Notes: a model not told the origin generated them from the sequence alone. A DNA stretch of 64,000 nt from Tabrizicola sp. (GCA_025458105.1 JALOTD010000007.1:21712-85711); one strand, 5' to 3'; shown: positions 35,380-45,118, counted from the stretch's first letter. Numbers and translations: made by a program.

Positions 35380-37016
35380 CCCGTCGCCCCCTTGCGACAG
35401 GCTCCGGCCAGGTCAAGCGCGGGGTCGCGCGCCACCGTGGTCACGTCCACCATCCCGAGGAGGGTCGAGAACATGTTGTCGTGGCTCACCGCACCCCCCG
35501 AAGCTGCCGCCATGCAGGCCTGATCCAATGCCAGCGTGTCACGAAACCGCTGTGACATCCAGATCAGCATCGGCACATGGGTCTGTTCCGGCGGCGCCAT
35601 GAAGTCCGGCGCGCCATGCAGGTACAGCCCGTTCTCGCCCAGCGACTCGCCATGGTCCGAGGCATAGAACAGCGCCGGGACCACGCGGTCCTGCGCATCC
35701 AGCCGGTCGATCAGCGTGGCAAGCATGTGATCGGTGAACGCAATCGTGTTGTCATAGGCATTCACGATCTCTTCGTCCGAACAGTCACCCAGCTGCGGCG
35801 TCTGGCAGGCGGGGGAAAAGACTTCACGATCTGCCGGATAGCGCAGCCAGTAGCTGGGCCCGTGGCTGCCGATCTGGTGCAGCACAATCACCGTGTTCTG
35901 CGTGATCGTCGCGGCCTTTTCCTCCAGATGCTTCAGGAACACCTCGTCCGTGCATTCCGGATCGCAGAACTCTGGCCCATCGGCAGCCGTCATCTTGCGA
36001 GAGAACAACCGCGTGGCGATATCCTTGTCGCCGGTGTTGTTGTCCCACCATTCCACGTGGAACCCCACCCGGGCCAGCACGTCCAGCAGGTTCTCGTTCG
36101 AAAGCCCGCCCTCATAGGAATAGTCGGCCCTGGTCAGCGGCGAAAACATGCAGGGCAGCGAGGTCGCCGTGGCCGTGCCGCAGCTTGTGGCCTGCGGATA
36201 GTAGACGATGTCGCGCTTGGCCAGTTCGGGGTTCGTCTCGCGACCATAGCCGCCCAGCGACCAGTTGGCCGCCCGGGCGGTTTCTCCGGCGACGATCACC
36301 AAAAGCACGGGCTTGTCCGCCCGGGCCAGGAATGGCCCCGGTTGGGCATCGGTCCCGGTCGGCTGCAGGACGATCTGCGTCGATTTCAGCATCATCCGCG
36401 CATAGCGCACCGCCCCCGCGATCGGCGCCAGCGGCTGTACCGAGGCCAGCAGTTCCTTCTGCTCGCGGAAAACGGGCATGAAGGTCTGCAGGTCGATGTA
36501 AAGAAGGCCTACGATCAGCCCCGCCGCAGCCCCGACCGACAGGATCCAGGTGCCCAGGCCGCGCAGGATCGACCCGCGCCGCAGCCGGACCAGCAGGACA
36601 AGGACCGAGGGCAGGACACCGTACAGGCCGACATGCAGCAGAAAACCGGTGGTGATCAGGTGGCGCGATTCCGCGAAGGTGGTGGTCATCGCGTTCTGGA
36701 TCATCTCGCGGTCGACGATCACGCCCAGTTTGTCCGCATAGTACGAACTGACGGCGGCGATCATGATAAGGGCGATCAGCACCGGCCTTTGCGCCCGGCG
36801 GACTGCCAGCAGCGACACGACCAGGAACATCAGCGACCACATTGCGCCAGCGAAGATGGCCCCAAGCAGCAAGCGCCCGTCGAAGATGCGCAGAAGGTGC
36901 CCCCAGAAGGTGCCATTGCACAGGGCAAGAAGATAGGTCGTGACGATCAGGTTCAGCGCAAGCGGTGTCAGGACGGGGCGGCGATCAGGCCGAAGGGCCT
37001 GCAAATCGGTGGTCAT
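35376..37016 (-). CDS. eptA: phosphoethanolamine--lipid A transferase (EptA/MCR family)
   Basis: Five N-terminal TM helices and a periplasmic sulfatase-fold domain (LLVIVAGETARA.., CGTATATSLPCMFS, HQIGSHGP.Y, YASDHGESLGENGLYLHG). Confidence 0.88.
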   Translation of the reverse strand: MTTDLQALRPDRRPVLTPLALNLIVTTYLLALCNGTFWGHLLRIFDGRLLLGAIFAGAMWSLMFLVVSLLAVRRAQRPVLIALIMIAAVSSYYADKLGVIVDREMIQNAMTTTFAESRHLITTGFLLHVGLYGVLPSVLVLLVRLRRGSILRGLGTWILSVGAAAGLIVGLLYIDLQTFMPVFREQKELLASVQPLAPIAGAVRYARMMLKSTQIVLQPTGTDAQPGPFLARADKPVLLVIVAGETARAANWSLGGYGRETNPELAKRDIVYYPQATSCGTATATSLPCMFSPLTRADYSYEGGLSNENLLDVLARVGFHVEWWDNNTGDKDIATRLFSRKMTAADGPEFCDPECTDEVFLKHLEEKAATITQNTVIVLHQIGSHGPSYWLRYPADREVFSPACQTPQLGDCSDEEIVNAYDNTIAFTDHMLATLIDRLDAQDRVVPALFYASDHGESLGENGLYLHGAPDFMAPPEQTHVPMLIWMSQRFRDTLALDQACMAAASGGAVSHDNMFSTLLGMVDVTTVARDPALDLAGACRKGATG

Positions 37017-37128
37017 GTCGGGATCCGGGTGACGCCGGGCAGGACCACCCGGCCCACCCCGTCTACGCGTCTTGATCCGGCTTGGCTGTAAGCAGCCGCT
37101 TAATGCAGGGCCGCTCAGCCCCGGCGTG

Positions 37129-37584
37129 TCAGGTGATGCTTTCCAGCCGTTCCTTCGACATGTCGCCCGGCACGATGGTGATGGGGATCGGCAGGTTGCC
37201 CGAAGTCCGGCTCATCGCCGTGACCAGCGGGCCGGGGCCGGACTTGTCGGTTCCCGCGCCCAGGACCAGGACACCGATCTGCGGATCCTCCTTCACCAGG
37301 GCTAGGATTTCGCTCACCGGGTCGCCTTCACGGATCACCAGCTCGGGGTTCACGCCCTGCTTGTCGCGCATCCATTTGGCGAAGACCTCGAAATGCGCCT
37401 CGATCCGTTCGCGCGCTTCGGCCCTCATCAGGTCGGCCACGCCCACCCAGGTCTGGAACTCGTCCGGCGGCACGATCGACAGGATCGTGACCCCGCCCCC
37501 GGTATGCGCCGCCCGCAGCGCGGCAAAGCGCATCGCGTTCAGGCATTCGCGGCTGTCGTCCAGCACGACCAGAAATTTCCGCAT
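37129..37584 (-). CDS. universal stress protein (UspA family)
   Basis: MRKFLVVLDDSRECLNAMRFA.., LVLGAGTDKSGPGPL.., IPITIVPG. Confidence 0.8.
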   Translation of the reverse strand: MRKFLVVLDDSRECLNAMRFAALRAAHTGGGVTILSIVPPDEFQTWVGVADLMRAEARERIEAHFEVFAKWMRDKQGVNPELVIREGDPVSEILALVKEDPQIGVLVLGAGTDKSGPGPLVTAMSRTSGNLPIPITIVPGDMSKERLESIT

Positions 37585-37653
37585 GATGCTCCCCTTTGCG
37601 CCCGCGATATTGGCCCGGGCGGCCGGGGGAAGGCAAGGGTCACGCGCGAAGCA

Positions 37654-38139
37654 TCAGTCCTTCTGCGCGTCGTGGCATTGGCGGACCAGACCCAGCACGC
37701 CGCCCAAGCCAGGGACTTCGAACGCCTCGTCATGCCCGACCCCCATGATCCGCAGCCAACGGCCTTGCGAAAGGAAGACATGGGTGTCGGCAATAGGTGC
37801 CATGCTGAAGACGACATGCTTGTCATCCAGCGCAAGCGCCTTGCCCAGGGTGGGAGAGCCCGATTCCATCATCAGGCTGGCATCGATCTCTTGCCCCGGT
37901 TTGAAGGTCACACCGGGAAAGGCGAAGACTACTTCCATCTTTTCGTCGCGTGTGACGTTCACCCAAAGCTGCTCGCCCTGGGTGTAGGACAGGGTTGCGT
38001 AGCAATGGCTGTAGGCCCCTGTCGCATCCGGCGCCGCTCCCCCGCTCCAAAGCCCGAAGGTGAAAGATGATCCGGGCAGGTCATCGGCCAGGACGGGGGC
38101 CGGGGCCAAAAGGGCCAGACAGATCAACCATTGGCGCAT
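37654..38139 (-). CDS. hypothetical secreted protein
   Basis: Signal peptide MRQWLICLALLAPAPVLA and coding-like composition. No family recognised. Confidence 0.55.
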   Translation of the reverse strand: MRQWLICLALLAPAPVLADDLPGSSFTFGLWSGGAAPDATGAYSHCYATLSYTQGEQLWVNVTRDEKMEVVFAFPGVTFKPGQEIDASLMMESGSPTLGKALALDDKHVVFSMAPIADTHVFLSQGRWLRIMGVGHDEAFEVPGLGGVLGLVRQCHDAQKD

Positions 38140-38209
38140 GTTGGGTTCCTTTCAGTAGGTACGGCGGCAAGGTGCGCGGATTGGATGGTGCCGCAAAGGT
38201 GCGGTTTCC

Positions 38210-39514
38210 TTACCCCTGCGCCAGCCGTGCGACCTTGGGGCTGTTCCGGTGCATCAAGACACTCCGCACCGCGAAGAGGACCATCATCGCCGCCCAAAGC
38301 CCGTGATTGCCGAAGGGCCAGAAGACACCCAGCGCCACGACATAGGCTGCGGCGGCAATCAGCATCAGGCGGCGCATCTCCTGCGTCAGCAGCGCGCCGA
38401 TGTAGATGCCGTCATAGGCCCAGGCCAAGGCACCAAACACGGGTGCGGCCAGGATCCAGGGCAAGTAATGCCGCGCCTCGGCCCGGACCTCGGGCGCGGT
38501 CGCCATCAGGTCGATGAGCCACGGCCCCGCCAGCCAGAATGCCAGACCAAGGACCACCCCGCCCCAGAACGTCCACATCAGCGCCAACCGGATCGCCTGC
38601 CGCACCTCTCGCGCGGCCTTTGCGCCGATCGCCTGGCCTACCAGCGTCTCGGCCGCAAAGGCGAAACCGTCCAGCGCATAGGACAGGATGCCCAGGAACT
38701 GCAGCAGCACCTGGTTCGCAGCCAGCGTCACATCCCCGTGCCGCGCGCCCAGGAAGACAAAGGCGGTAAAGCACAGTTGCAAGGCGACGGACCGGATCAT
38801 GATGTCCCGGTTCACCGCGAACATGGTCAACAGCGCGGCGCGGTCCCCCAGCCGCCCCCAGGCCGCCGCCAGCACCGGCCCGAACGCGTCACGGCAGAAC
38901 CACAGCCCCAGCGCCAGCCCGGTCCACTCGGCAATCAGCGTCGCCGCCGCCACCCCCGGCACGCCCCAGCCGAGGCCCAGGACGAACCACAAGTCCAGAC
39001 AGATGTTCACCCCGTTGATCCACAGCTGCAACAGGAACACCGCCCGTGTCCTTTCGACCCCGATCAGCCAGCCGGTCGCCGCATAAAGGGCAATCGTCGC
39101 TGGCGCCCCCCAGATCCGGATCGCCAGATACTGCCGGGTCAGCGCCTCAACCTCCGCACTCGCCGGGGCCAGCGAAAAGGCCCCCGCGACCAGCGCCAGC
39201 TGCAGGACGATCAGCGCCAGCCCGGCCCCCAGCCCAACGATCAGCGCGCGGAGGAGCACCGCTGCCCGCTCGGCCCCGTCGCCTGCGCCTTGCGCCTGCG
39301 CGGCCAGCCCGCTCGTCCCCATCCGCAGGAAGCCGAACACCCAGTAGACCGTCGCCAGGATCACCGCGCCAAGGCCTACTGCCCCGATGGGTGCCGCCTC
39401 ACCCAACTGTCCCACGACACCCGTATCGACCGCACCCAGCAAGGGCACCGTCGCATTCGACAAAACAATCGGCCCGGCGATCCGCCACATCCGGGCGTGG
39501 GTGACCTCGGTCAT
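38210..39514 (-). CDS. MATE-family efflux transporter (DinF-like)
   Basis: 434 aa with 12 predicted helices. The N-terminus is RIAGPIVLSNATVPLLGAVDTGVVGQLG. Confidence 0.85.
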   Translation of the reverse strand: MTEVTHARMWRIAGPIVLSNATVPLLGAVDTGVVGQLGEAAPIGAVGLGAVILATVYWVFGFLRMGTSGLAAQAQGAGDGAERAAVLLRALIVGLGAGLALIVLQLALVAGAFSLAPASAEVEALTRQYLAIRIWGAPATIALYAATGWLIGVERTRAVFLLQLWINGVNICLDLWFVLGLGWGVPGVAAATLIAEWTGLALGLWFCRDAFGPVLAAAWGRLGDRAALLTMFAVNRDIMIRSVALQLCFTAFVFLGARHGDVTLAANQVLLQFLGILSYALDGFAFAAETLVGQAIGAKAAREVRQAIRLALMWTFWGGVVLGLAFWLAGPWLIDLMATAPEVRAEARHYLPWILAAPVFGALAWAYDGIYIGALLTQEMRRLMLIAAAAYVVALGVFWPFGNHGLWAAMMVLFAVRSVLMHRNSPKVARLAQG

Positions 39515-40002
39515 TCCGCCTTGATCGGCGGCATCAGGAAATGCCCCGTCCCCTGCGCGAAGAGCCGCGCCCGGTTGTCCTGCCAGGCCTCGACATGGAC
39601 GCTGGCATAGCGCCGCCCCGACCGGTTGACCCGCGCCCGCGCATAGGCATCGCGGGGAAGCCCCGCGCGCAGGTAATCCACCGTGAAATCAATTGTCTTC
39701 GGCAATCGCAGCGGGCCTTCGGGCAACGACCCTTCCGCCTCGACCCCGTCCCAAAGCGTGCTCCAGGCCAGCTCGATCATCGCCGCCACTTCCAGAAACC
39801 CCGCCGTGGCACCCCCATGCAGCGCAGGCAGGGCCGGGTTGCCGATCAGATCGTCGCGATAGGGCAGGACGGCGGTCAGCTCATCGCCCCGCCGGTCGAA
39901 CTCGATTCCCATGAAGCCGATGTAAGGCACCGCATCGACCAGCGCCCGCAACAGCCCCTCGCGGCGCTGCTTGATGATGTGAACAGGCTCGGGCCGCTTC
40001 AT
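39511..40002 (-). CDS. PaaI-family (hotdog-fold) thioesterase
   Basis: GNPALPALHGGATAGFLEVAA motif. It overlaps the preceding paralog. Confidence 0.75.
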   Translation of the reverse strand: MKRPEPVHIIKQRREGLLRALVDAVPYIGFMGIEFDRRGDELTAVLPYRDDLIGNPALPALHGGATAGFLEVAAMIELAWSTLWDGVEAEGSLPEGPLRLPKTIDFTVDYLRAGLPRDAYARARVNRSGRRYASVHVEAWQDNRARLFAQGTGHFLMPPIKAE

Positions 40003-40424
40003 TTTGCCCCCCGCTCGACCGTGAAGGCCCCCGTCGCAGTGGCCACCGGGCGGCTTTCGTCGTCATCGGTCGCCACCACCCGGACAAAGGCCACGGTCCG
40101 CGTGACATGGTGGCATTCCGCCCGGGCCCGGATGGTCTGGCCCGGGGTTGCGGGGCGCATGTAGTCGATCCGCAAATCCAGCGTGGCCGTCGAGAACCCG
40201 GCTTGCGGATGGCTCATGACAGCAGTGCCCGACGCCGTATCCATCAGCGCGCTGACCGCCCCGCCATGGATGACCCCGGTCATGGGATCCCCCACCAGCC
40301 GCGCGTCATAGGGCATGGACATGACCGCGACCCCTTCCCCGATCGACTCCAGCACCATGCCCAGCGCGCGGGAATGCGGCAGGGCCTCGATGAACTGACG
40401 GGCGATGGTGATGGTGTCGGACAT
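39999..40424 (-). CDS. PaaI-family (hotdog-fold) thioesterase
   Basis: LGMVLESIGEGVAVMSMP...GVIHGGAVSALMDTASG. Confidence 0.8.
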   Translation of the reverse strand: MSDTITIARQFIEALPHSRALGMVLESIGEGVAVMSMPYDARLVGDPMTGVIHGGAVSALMDTASGTAVMSHPQAGFSTATLDLRIDYMRPATPGQTIRARAECHHVTRTVAFVRVVATDDDESRPVATATGAFTVERGAK

Positions 40425-40528
40425 GATCTGCCCCCATCAAACCCCCCCGCCCCGGGGAACGCAAGGCCCGCCGAAGCCGTTGCACCAGACAAGGTGTCAG
40501 CCTAGGCTAGCTGTTGGGAGGACCGCAC

Positions 40529-40906
40529 ATGACCGAGACCCGTCTCAGCTTCAAGGAGATGTGCGCCAAGTTCGACGTCACGCCGCGCACCTTGCGATAC
40601 TACGAATACATCGAGCTTCTGGCGCCCGAGAAAGAGGGCCGCGCCCGATTCTATGGCCCCCGCGAAGTGGCACGGATGAAGCTGATCCTGCGGGGCCGCC
40701 GCTTTGGCTTCAGCCTGGAAGAAATCCGCCAGTGGCTCTTGATCTACGGCAAAAAGGGCGAGCGTCCGCAGCTTGAGGCCTGGCTGCAGCTTGCCGACCG
40801 TCAGCTCTTGGAACTTGACCGCCAGCGGGCCGAGCTTGATGCCTCGATTGCCGACCTGCGCGCGCTCCGCGAGACGGCAGTCCTGGAACTGGACAAGCTG
40901 CCGTAA
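40529..40906 (+). CDS. MerR-family transcriptional regulator
   Basis: ATG at 40529 lies 6 nt after GGAGGA. FKEMCAKFDVTPRTLRYYEYIELLAP..GFSLEEIRQWL, followed by a coiled-coil tail. It is divergent from the thioesterase pair. Confidence 0.85.
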   Translation: MTETRLSFKEMCAKFDVTPRTLRYYEYIELLAPEKEGRARFYGPREVARMKLILRGRRFGFSLEEIRQWLLIYGKKGERPQLEAWLQLADRQLLELDRQRAELDASIADLRALRETAVLELDKLP

Positions 40907-40951
40907 GCACCAACCCCCGAATTTTCGCAGAAAATTCTTAACACCCTTGGC

Positions 40952-41305
40952 CTAACTGGCCCAGACCGAAGCCAGCATGTCTCGCAAGGCCGCCTTTGTG
41001 GCGTCACCATCCTCGCAGTCCGGCCCAATCCTGACCGCAACGCTTGTTGCCCAACCGAAGGTCGCAGCACGCTCCGGGCGCAGGGTGATCTCGATCCCCT
41101 TCGGCCCCTCCGTCACCACGGCAATCGCATCTTCCGCGCCGAACGTTTCGTCGTTCACCTCGAACCAGACCGGGCCGCCACCTACGGCCTGCCGGAACAG
41201 GACATAGCCCTCGGCCTCGTCCTCGCCCGCCGCGAAGCCCACGAAAAGCTGCCCCTCATCCTCGACGACCGAGCCATAGGCCGCCTTCAGTGTCACATCC
41301 GCCAT
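40952..41305 (-). CDS. hypothetical protein, possibly Imm10-like immunity-protein fold
   Basis: Start MADVTLK after GAGGG. 117 aa, acidic. The pattern LFVGFA..DEAEGYVLFRQ....VWFEVNDETFG..AI..V resembles my memory of the Imm10 family, but the call is weak. Confidence 0.4.
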   Translation of the reverse strand: MADVTLKAAYGSVVEDEGQLFVGFAAGEDEAEGYVLFRQAVGGGPVWFEVNDETFGAEDAIAVVTEGPKGIEITLRPERAATFGWATSVAVRIGPDCEDGDATKAALRDMLASVWAS

Positions 41306-41309
41306 CGCC

Positions 41310-41924
41310 CTACCCTCGCACGTACAGCCACACCGCCACCGCCAACAGCGACAGGGCCTGAAACCGGTGCATCCTGACCGAAACCGCAGGATCGGCAACC
41401 CAGCCCCGCGCCGCACCGGCCGCCACCGCGATGCCGGCATGGATCAGGGTGGCAACAAGGACATAAACCGCCGACAGCGCCAGCGTCGCCGTAACACCGT
41501 CGCCTGGCCGCAGAAAGCCGGGCAAGAGCGATACGAAAACCACAAGCGACTTCGGGTTCAAGAGGTTTCCGACCAGCCCCCTGCGAAAGCCGTCGGTCGC
41601 GCTTTCCCCGCCGCCCGGCAGATGGTGCGCCGGAATGCCCGCATCGCGCCAGCTTTCCCAGGCCAGCCACAGGAGATAGCCGACCCCCGCAAGGTGCAGC
41701 GCGCCGTAAAGCCCCGGCCAAAGCGCCACCGCCGCCGCAACGCCCACAGCCGCCAGGACGGCCTGCACCGCCAGCCCCAGCGTAATCCCTGCCGTCGCAG
41801 CAAACCCCGCGCCGCGGCCCGTCGTCGCTGCCAAAAGCGCCAGCCACGCCATGTTCGGGCCGGGCGTCAGTTCCAGGACCAGCGCGGTCAGCAAAAACGA
41901 GGACAGAACCTCGATCTCGGGCAC
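41310..41924 (-). CDS. LysE/RhtB-family amino-acid exporter
   Basis: FLLTALVLELTPGPNMAWL.. N-terminal signature. 204 aa, about 6 TM helices. Confidence 0.85.
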   Translation of the reverse strand: MPEIEVLSSFLLTALVLELTPGPNMAWLALLAATTGRGAGFAATAGITLGLAVQAVLAAVGVAAAVALWPGLYGALHLAGVGYLLWLAWESWRDAGIPAHHLPGGGESATDGFRRGLVGNLLNPKSLVVFVSLLPGFLRPGDGVTATLALSAVYVLVATLIHAGIAVAAGAARGWVADPAVSVRMHRFQALSLLAVAVWLYVRG

Positions 41925-41931
41925 TCTGCCC

Positions 41932-42798
41932 TCAGTACCACTTGGCCACGGGTGGCAGGCTCATCAAGACGGCGTTGGCGTCATGCCCGGTTTCCAGCCC
42001 GAACTTGGTGCCCCGGTCGTAGACCAGGTTGTATTCCGCATACAGGCCCCGGTGGCGCAGCTGGGTCTCGCGGTCGTCCTCCGAAAAGGGCGTGCCTGCG
42101 CGCTTTTCGGCCAGCGGCAGGAAGGCGGGCAGGAAGGCCTCGCCCACGGCTTGGGTAAAGGCGAAGTCCGCCTCCCAGTCGCCCGTCGACAGGTCATCAT
42201 AGAAGATGCCCCCCACACCCCGCGCCCGGCCCCGATGCGGCACGAAGAAGTACTCGTCGGCCCAGGCCTTGAAACGGGTGTAATAATCGGGCGAATGCGC
42301 ATCACAGGCCCGCTGCATTTCGCCATGAAAATGCGCGGTGTCATCGGCATATTCAATTGCCGGGTTCAGGTCGGACCCGCCGCCGAACCAGGCGGCCCCC
42401 GGCGTCCAGAACATCCGGGTGTTCATGTGGACAGCAGGCGCATGCGGGTTCTGCATATGGGCTACCAGACTGATGCCGCTGGCCCAGAACCGGGGGTCCT
42501 TCTCCATCCCCGGCACGCCCCGCGCCGCCATCGCCTTTTGCGCGCGTTCGCCCAAGACCCCGTGCACCTCGGACCAGTTGACGCCCACTTTCTCGAACGC
42601 CCGCCCGCCGCGCATCACGCTCATGATCCCGCCGCCGCCGCCCTCGGCCCGCGTCGTCGGCGTCACTTCGAACCGGCCCGGCGCCGCATCGCCCGCCACC
42701 CGATCCTCCAGCGCCTCGAAGGCCGCCACGATCCGGTCGCGCAAGGTATGGAACCACTCCGCCGCGCGCGCCTTGCGACTGTCAAAGGGATCGGTCAT
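41932..42798 (-). CDS. hemF: oxygen-dependent coproporphyrinogen III oxidase
   Basis: FEKVGVNWSEVHG.., SGISLVAHMQNPHAPAVHMNTR.., WFGGGSDLNP, HRGRARGVGGIFYDD and RGTKFGL. Confidence 0.92.
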   Translation of the reverse strand: MTDPFDSRKARAAEWFHTLRDRIVAAFEALEDRVAGDAAPGRFEVTPTTRAEGGGGGIMSVMRGGRAFEKVGVNWSEVHGVLGERAQKAMAARGVPGMEKDPRFWASGISLVAHMQNPHAPAVHMNTRMFWTPGAAWFGGGSDLNPAIEYADDTAHFHGEMQRACDAHSPDYYTRFKAWADEYFFVPHRGRARGVGGIFYDDLSTGDWEADFAFTQAVGEAFLPAFLPLAEKRAGTPFSEDDRETQLRHRGLYAEYNLVYDRGTKFGLETGHDANAVLMSLPPVAKWY

Positions 42799-42876
42799 CC
42801 TGTTGTCTCCATATTCTTACAGCGCCATGCTTAACACCCCGGCGCGGCGCTTTCCACCCGGACCGGAGGTTGCCCC

Positions 42877-43269
42877 GTGAAACGCCTCGCCCTGATCCCC
42901 CTTGCCCTTCTGGCCGCCTGCGGCACGCCCCAGGAACAATGCATCAACCGCAACACCCGCGACCTGCGCACGGTCGAACGGCTGATCGTCGAGACAGAAG
43001 GAAACCTTGACCGCGGCTATGCCATCGAAGAGATCACAGTCAGCGAGGACTACTGGGCCACCTGCTTTGACCCGGTGGTGGTCGAGGGGGAAACCGTCTA
43101 CCAGCCCCGCATGTGCCTGAAGGACCGCAGCTACACAGTAGAACGTGCCAAGGCCATCGACCTGAACGCCGAGGCGGCAAAGCTGTCCAGCCTGAAGACC
43201 AAGCGTGCCGACCTTGCCCGCGCGGCCGAGCCTGTCATCGCCCAGTGCAAGGCCGAATATCCGGAATGA
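42877..43269 (+). CDS. hypothetical lipoprotein
   Basis: MKRLALIPLALLAACG lipobox and five further Cys. Confidence 0.6.
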   Translation: MKRLALIPLALLAACGTPQEQCINRNTRDLRTVERLIVETEGNLDRGYAIEEITVSEDYWATCFDPVVVEGETVYQPRMCLKDRSYTVERAKAIDLNAEAAKLSSLKTKRADLARAAEPVIAQCKAEYPE

Positions 43270-43270
43270 C

Positions 43271-44083
43271 CTAATGCGCCGGGGCGGCGACGGCATCCAA
43301 GAGACTGCGCCCGCCGTCGACCGCGAGCACCTGCCCGGTCACGAATCGTGCCGCGTCCGAGGCCAGGAACTGCACCGCTTCCGCAACCTCATCCGCCGAC
43401 GCGACACGCTGCAGCGGCGTTCCCGCCGAAATACTGTCTCGATAGGCGGGATGCTCTTTCAGCGTGCTTTGCAGGCTGGCGCTCATCACGCTGCCGAAAG
43501 CGACCGCATTCACCCTGATCCCTTTCGGGGCAAGCGCAACAGCCAGGGATCGGGTCATCTGATCCATCGCCGCCGCAGCCATGGAATAGGCCAGAAGCTC
43601 GGGCCGCGTCACCTGCGCCGTGATCGACGAGATATTGACGATCGCCCCCAGCGCCGTGCCGGCCTCGGCTTCGGTGCGCTCGCCGTGCTGGATCATGCGC
43701 TTGGCCGTCATCTGCGACATGCGCAGCGCCGTCATGACGTTCTGGCGCATCAGTTCGTCGACCGCGTCCTCCTCGGGGTTCAGCGCGTTTGAGACAGCCA
43801 TCTTCCGGTTTGCATTCACCAGGATGTCCACCCGGTCGAAGGCGTCGATGGTGGCCGACAAGAGGTTGGCGATGGTCAGCTTCTCACACAGGTTGCCCGC
43901 GAACATGCGGATCGGCCCCTCGGCGCGCGCCTCTTCGCCCACCTCGGCCTCCAGCCGGGCCTCGTCGATGTCGGCAAACATCACGTTCGCGCCCTTGTCG
44001 ACCAGATGCCGCGCAATGGCGAGGCCCAGGCCAGCCGCTGCGCCGGTCACGATGGCAGTCTTGCCGGAAACGGAAAATGACAT
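43271..44083 (-). CDS. SDR-family protein with atypical active-site motif
   Basis: TGAAAGLG Rossmann motif and NISS. The YxxxK position reads YSMAA, so Lys is absent. Confidence 0.75.
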   Translation of the reverse strand: MSFSVSGKTAIVTGAAAGLGLAIARHLVDKGANVMFADIDEARLEAEVGEEARAEGPIRMFAGNLCEKLTIANLLSATIDAFDRVDILVNANRKMAVSNALNPEEDAVDELMRQNVMTALRMSQMTAKRMIQHGERTEAEAGTALGAIVNISSITAQVTRPELLAYSMAAAAMDQMTRSLAVALAPKGIRVNAVAFGSVMSASLQSTLKEHPAYRDSISAGTPLQRVASADEVAEAVQFLASDAARFVTGQVLAVDGGRSLLDAVAAPAH

Positions 44084-44092
44084 GGGTGGCCT

Positions 44093-45073
44093 CTAGCTTT
44101 TCGCCCGCCGGGGCTTGGTGGCATGGATCACGCGGAAGGCGCCGTCACCGGCAACCTCTTCCTGCGCCAGGAAAGCTTCGGACAGGACGGCATCATAGGG
44201 CAGGTGACGGTTCGCAACCATCCACAGACTGCCGTTCGGTGCCAGCATCCGCCGCGCCCCCCGGATGAAGGCCGCGCCAAGGCCCGGGTCTGCGTCGCGC
44301 CCAGTGTGAAACGGCGGGTTCATCACCACCGCATCCAGCAGCGTCTCGGGCCGCCAGCTTGTCGCATCTGCCCAATGGAACCGCGCGCGGGGGTCGGTCA
44401 CGTTCACCTTCGCGCAGGCCAGTGCATCGGCCTCCGCCTCGACCAGATCCAGCCGCTTGACGCCGGGCCGCTTCAGAATCTCCGCCGCCAGATAGCCCCA
44501 GCCCGCGCCCAGATCGGCCACTTTGCCCGACAGTTTCGCGGGCAACGCAGCCGCCAGCAGCACAGACCCCCGGTCCGGCCCATCGGATGAAAAGACCCCC
44601 GGCAGGGTCTGGAACCCATCAACCGTCGAGGGCTTAGCCTGCCAGTCCGACAGATCGACCCCCGCCGCAAAGCTCGCCAGCTTGCCATGCGCCTTCGACA
44701 GGCTTTCCGACAGCTCTGCCCGCGCGCGCAGATCCTTCAGCGCCGTGTCGATCCCGTCGGTCTTCTGCCCGTCCACCGCGACCCATCCACCCGGGGCGAC
44801 CTCGGCCGCAGCCTGCGCGATCAGCGCCCGCGCGGCCTCACGGCTGCGGGGCAAGCAGACGATGGCGGCGGCATAGGGCTCCCCCGGCGTCACCGAGAAG
44901 CGGTGCGCAAAATGGTCATGGTCCGGCTTGAACCCGGTCAGGACGACAACGCGGTCCTGCGGCAAGGCGGACAGGTCATCCCCCGCCCTAGGCCCATAGA
45001 CCGCAATCTTCCCCTGGGCGGGAAGCTCAAGCGCGCCGGTCTCCAGCGCCTGGTCAAGTCGGGCGGATCGCAT
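44093..45073 (-). CDS. class I SAM-dependent rRNA guanine-N2 methyltransferase (RsmC/RlmG-like)
   Basis: C-terminal MTS domain with VADLGAGWGYL and VVMNPPFHTGR. Confidence 0.75.
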   Translation of the reverse strand: MRSARLDQALETGALELPAQGKIAVYGPRAGDDLSALPQDRVVVLTGFKPDHDHFAHRFSVTPGEPYAAAIVCLPRSREAARALIAQAAAEVAPGGWVAVDGQKTDGIDTALKDLRARAELSESLSKAHGKLASFAAGVDLSDWQAKPSTVDGFQTLPGVFSSDGPDRGSVLLAAALPAKLSGKVADLGAGWGYLAAEILKRPGVKRLDLVEAEADALACAKVNVTDPRARFHWADATSWRPETLLDAVVMNPPFHTGRDADPGLGAAFIRGARRMLAPNGSLWMVANRHLPYDAVLSEAFLAQEEVAGDGAFRVIHATKPRRAKS

Positions 45074-45118
45074 GAGCGGGGGCTTACGCCCCCCGGCCCC
45101 TTCTGTGAAGCCGCGCGC

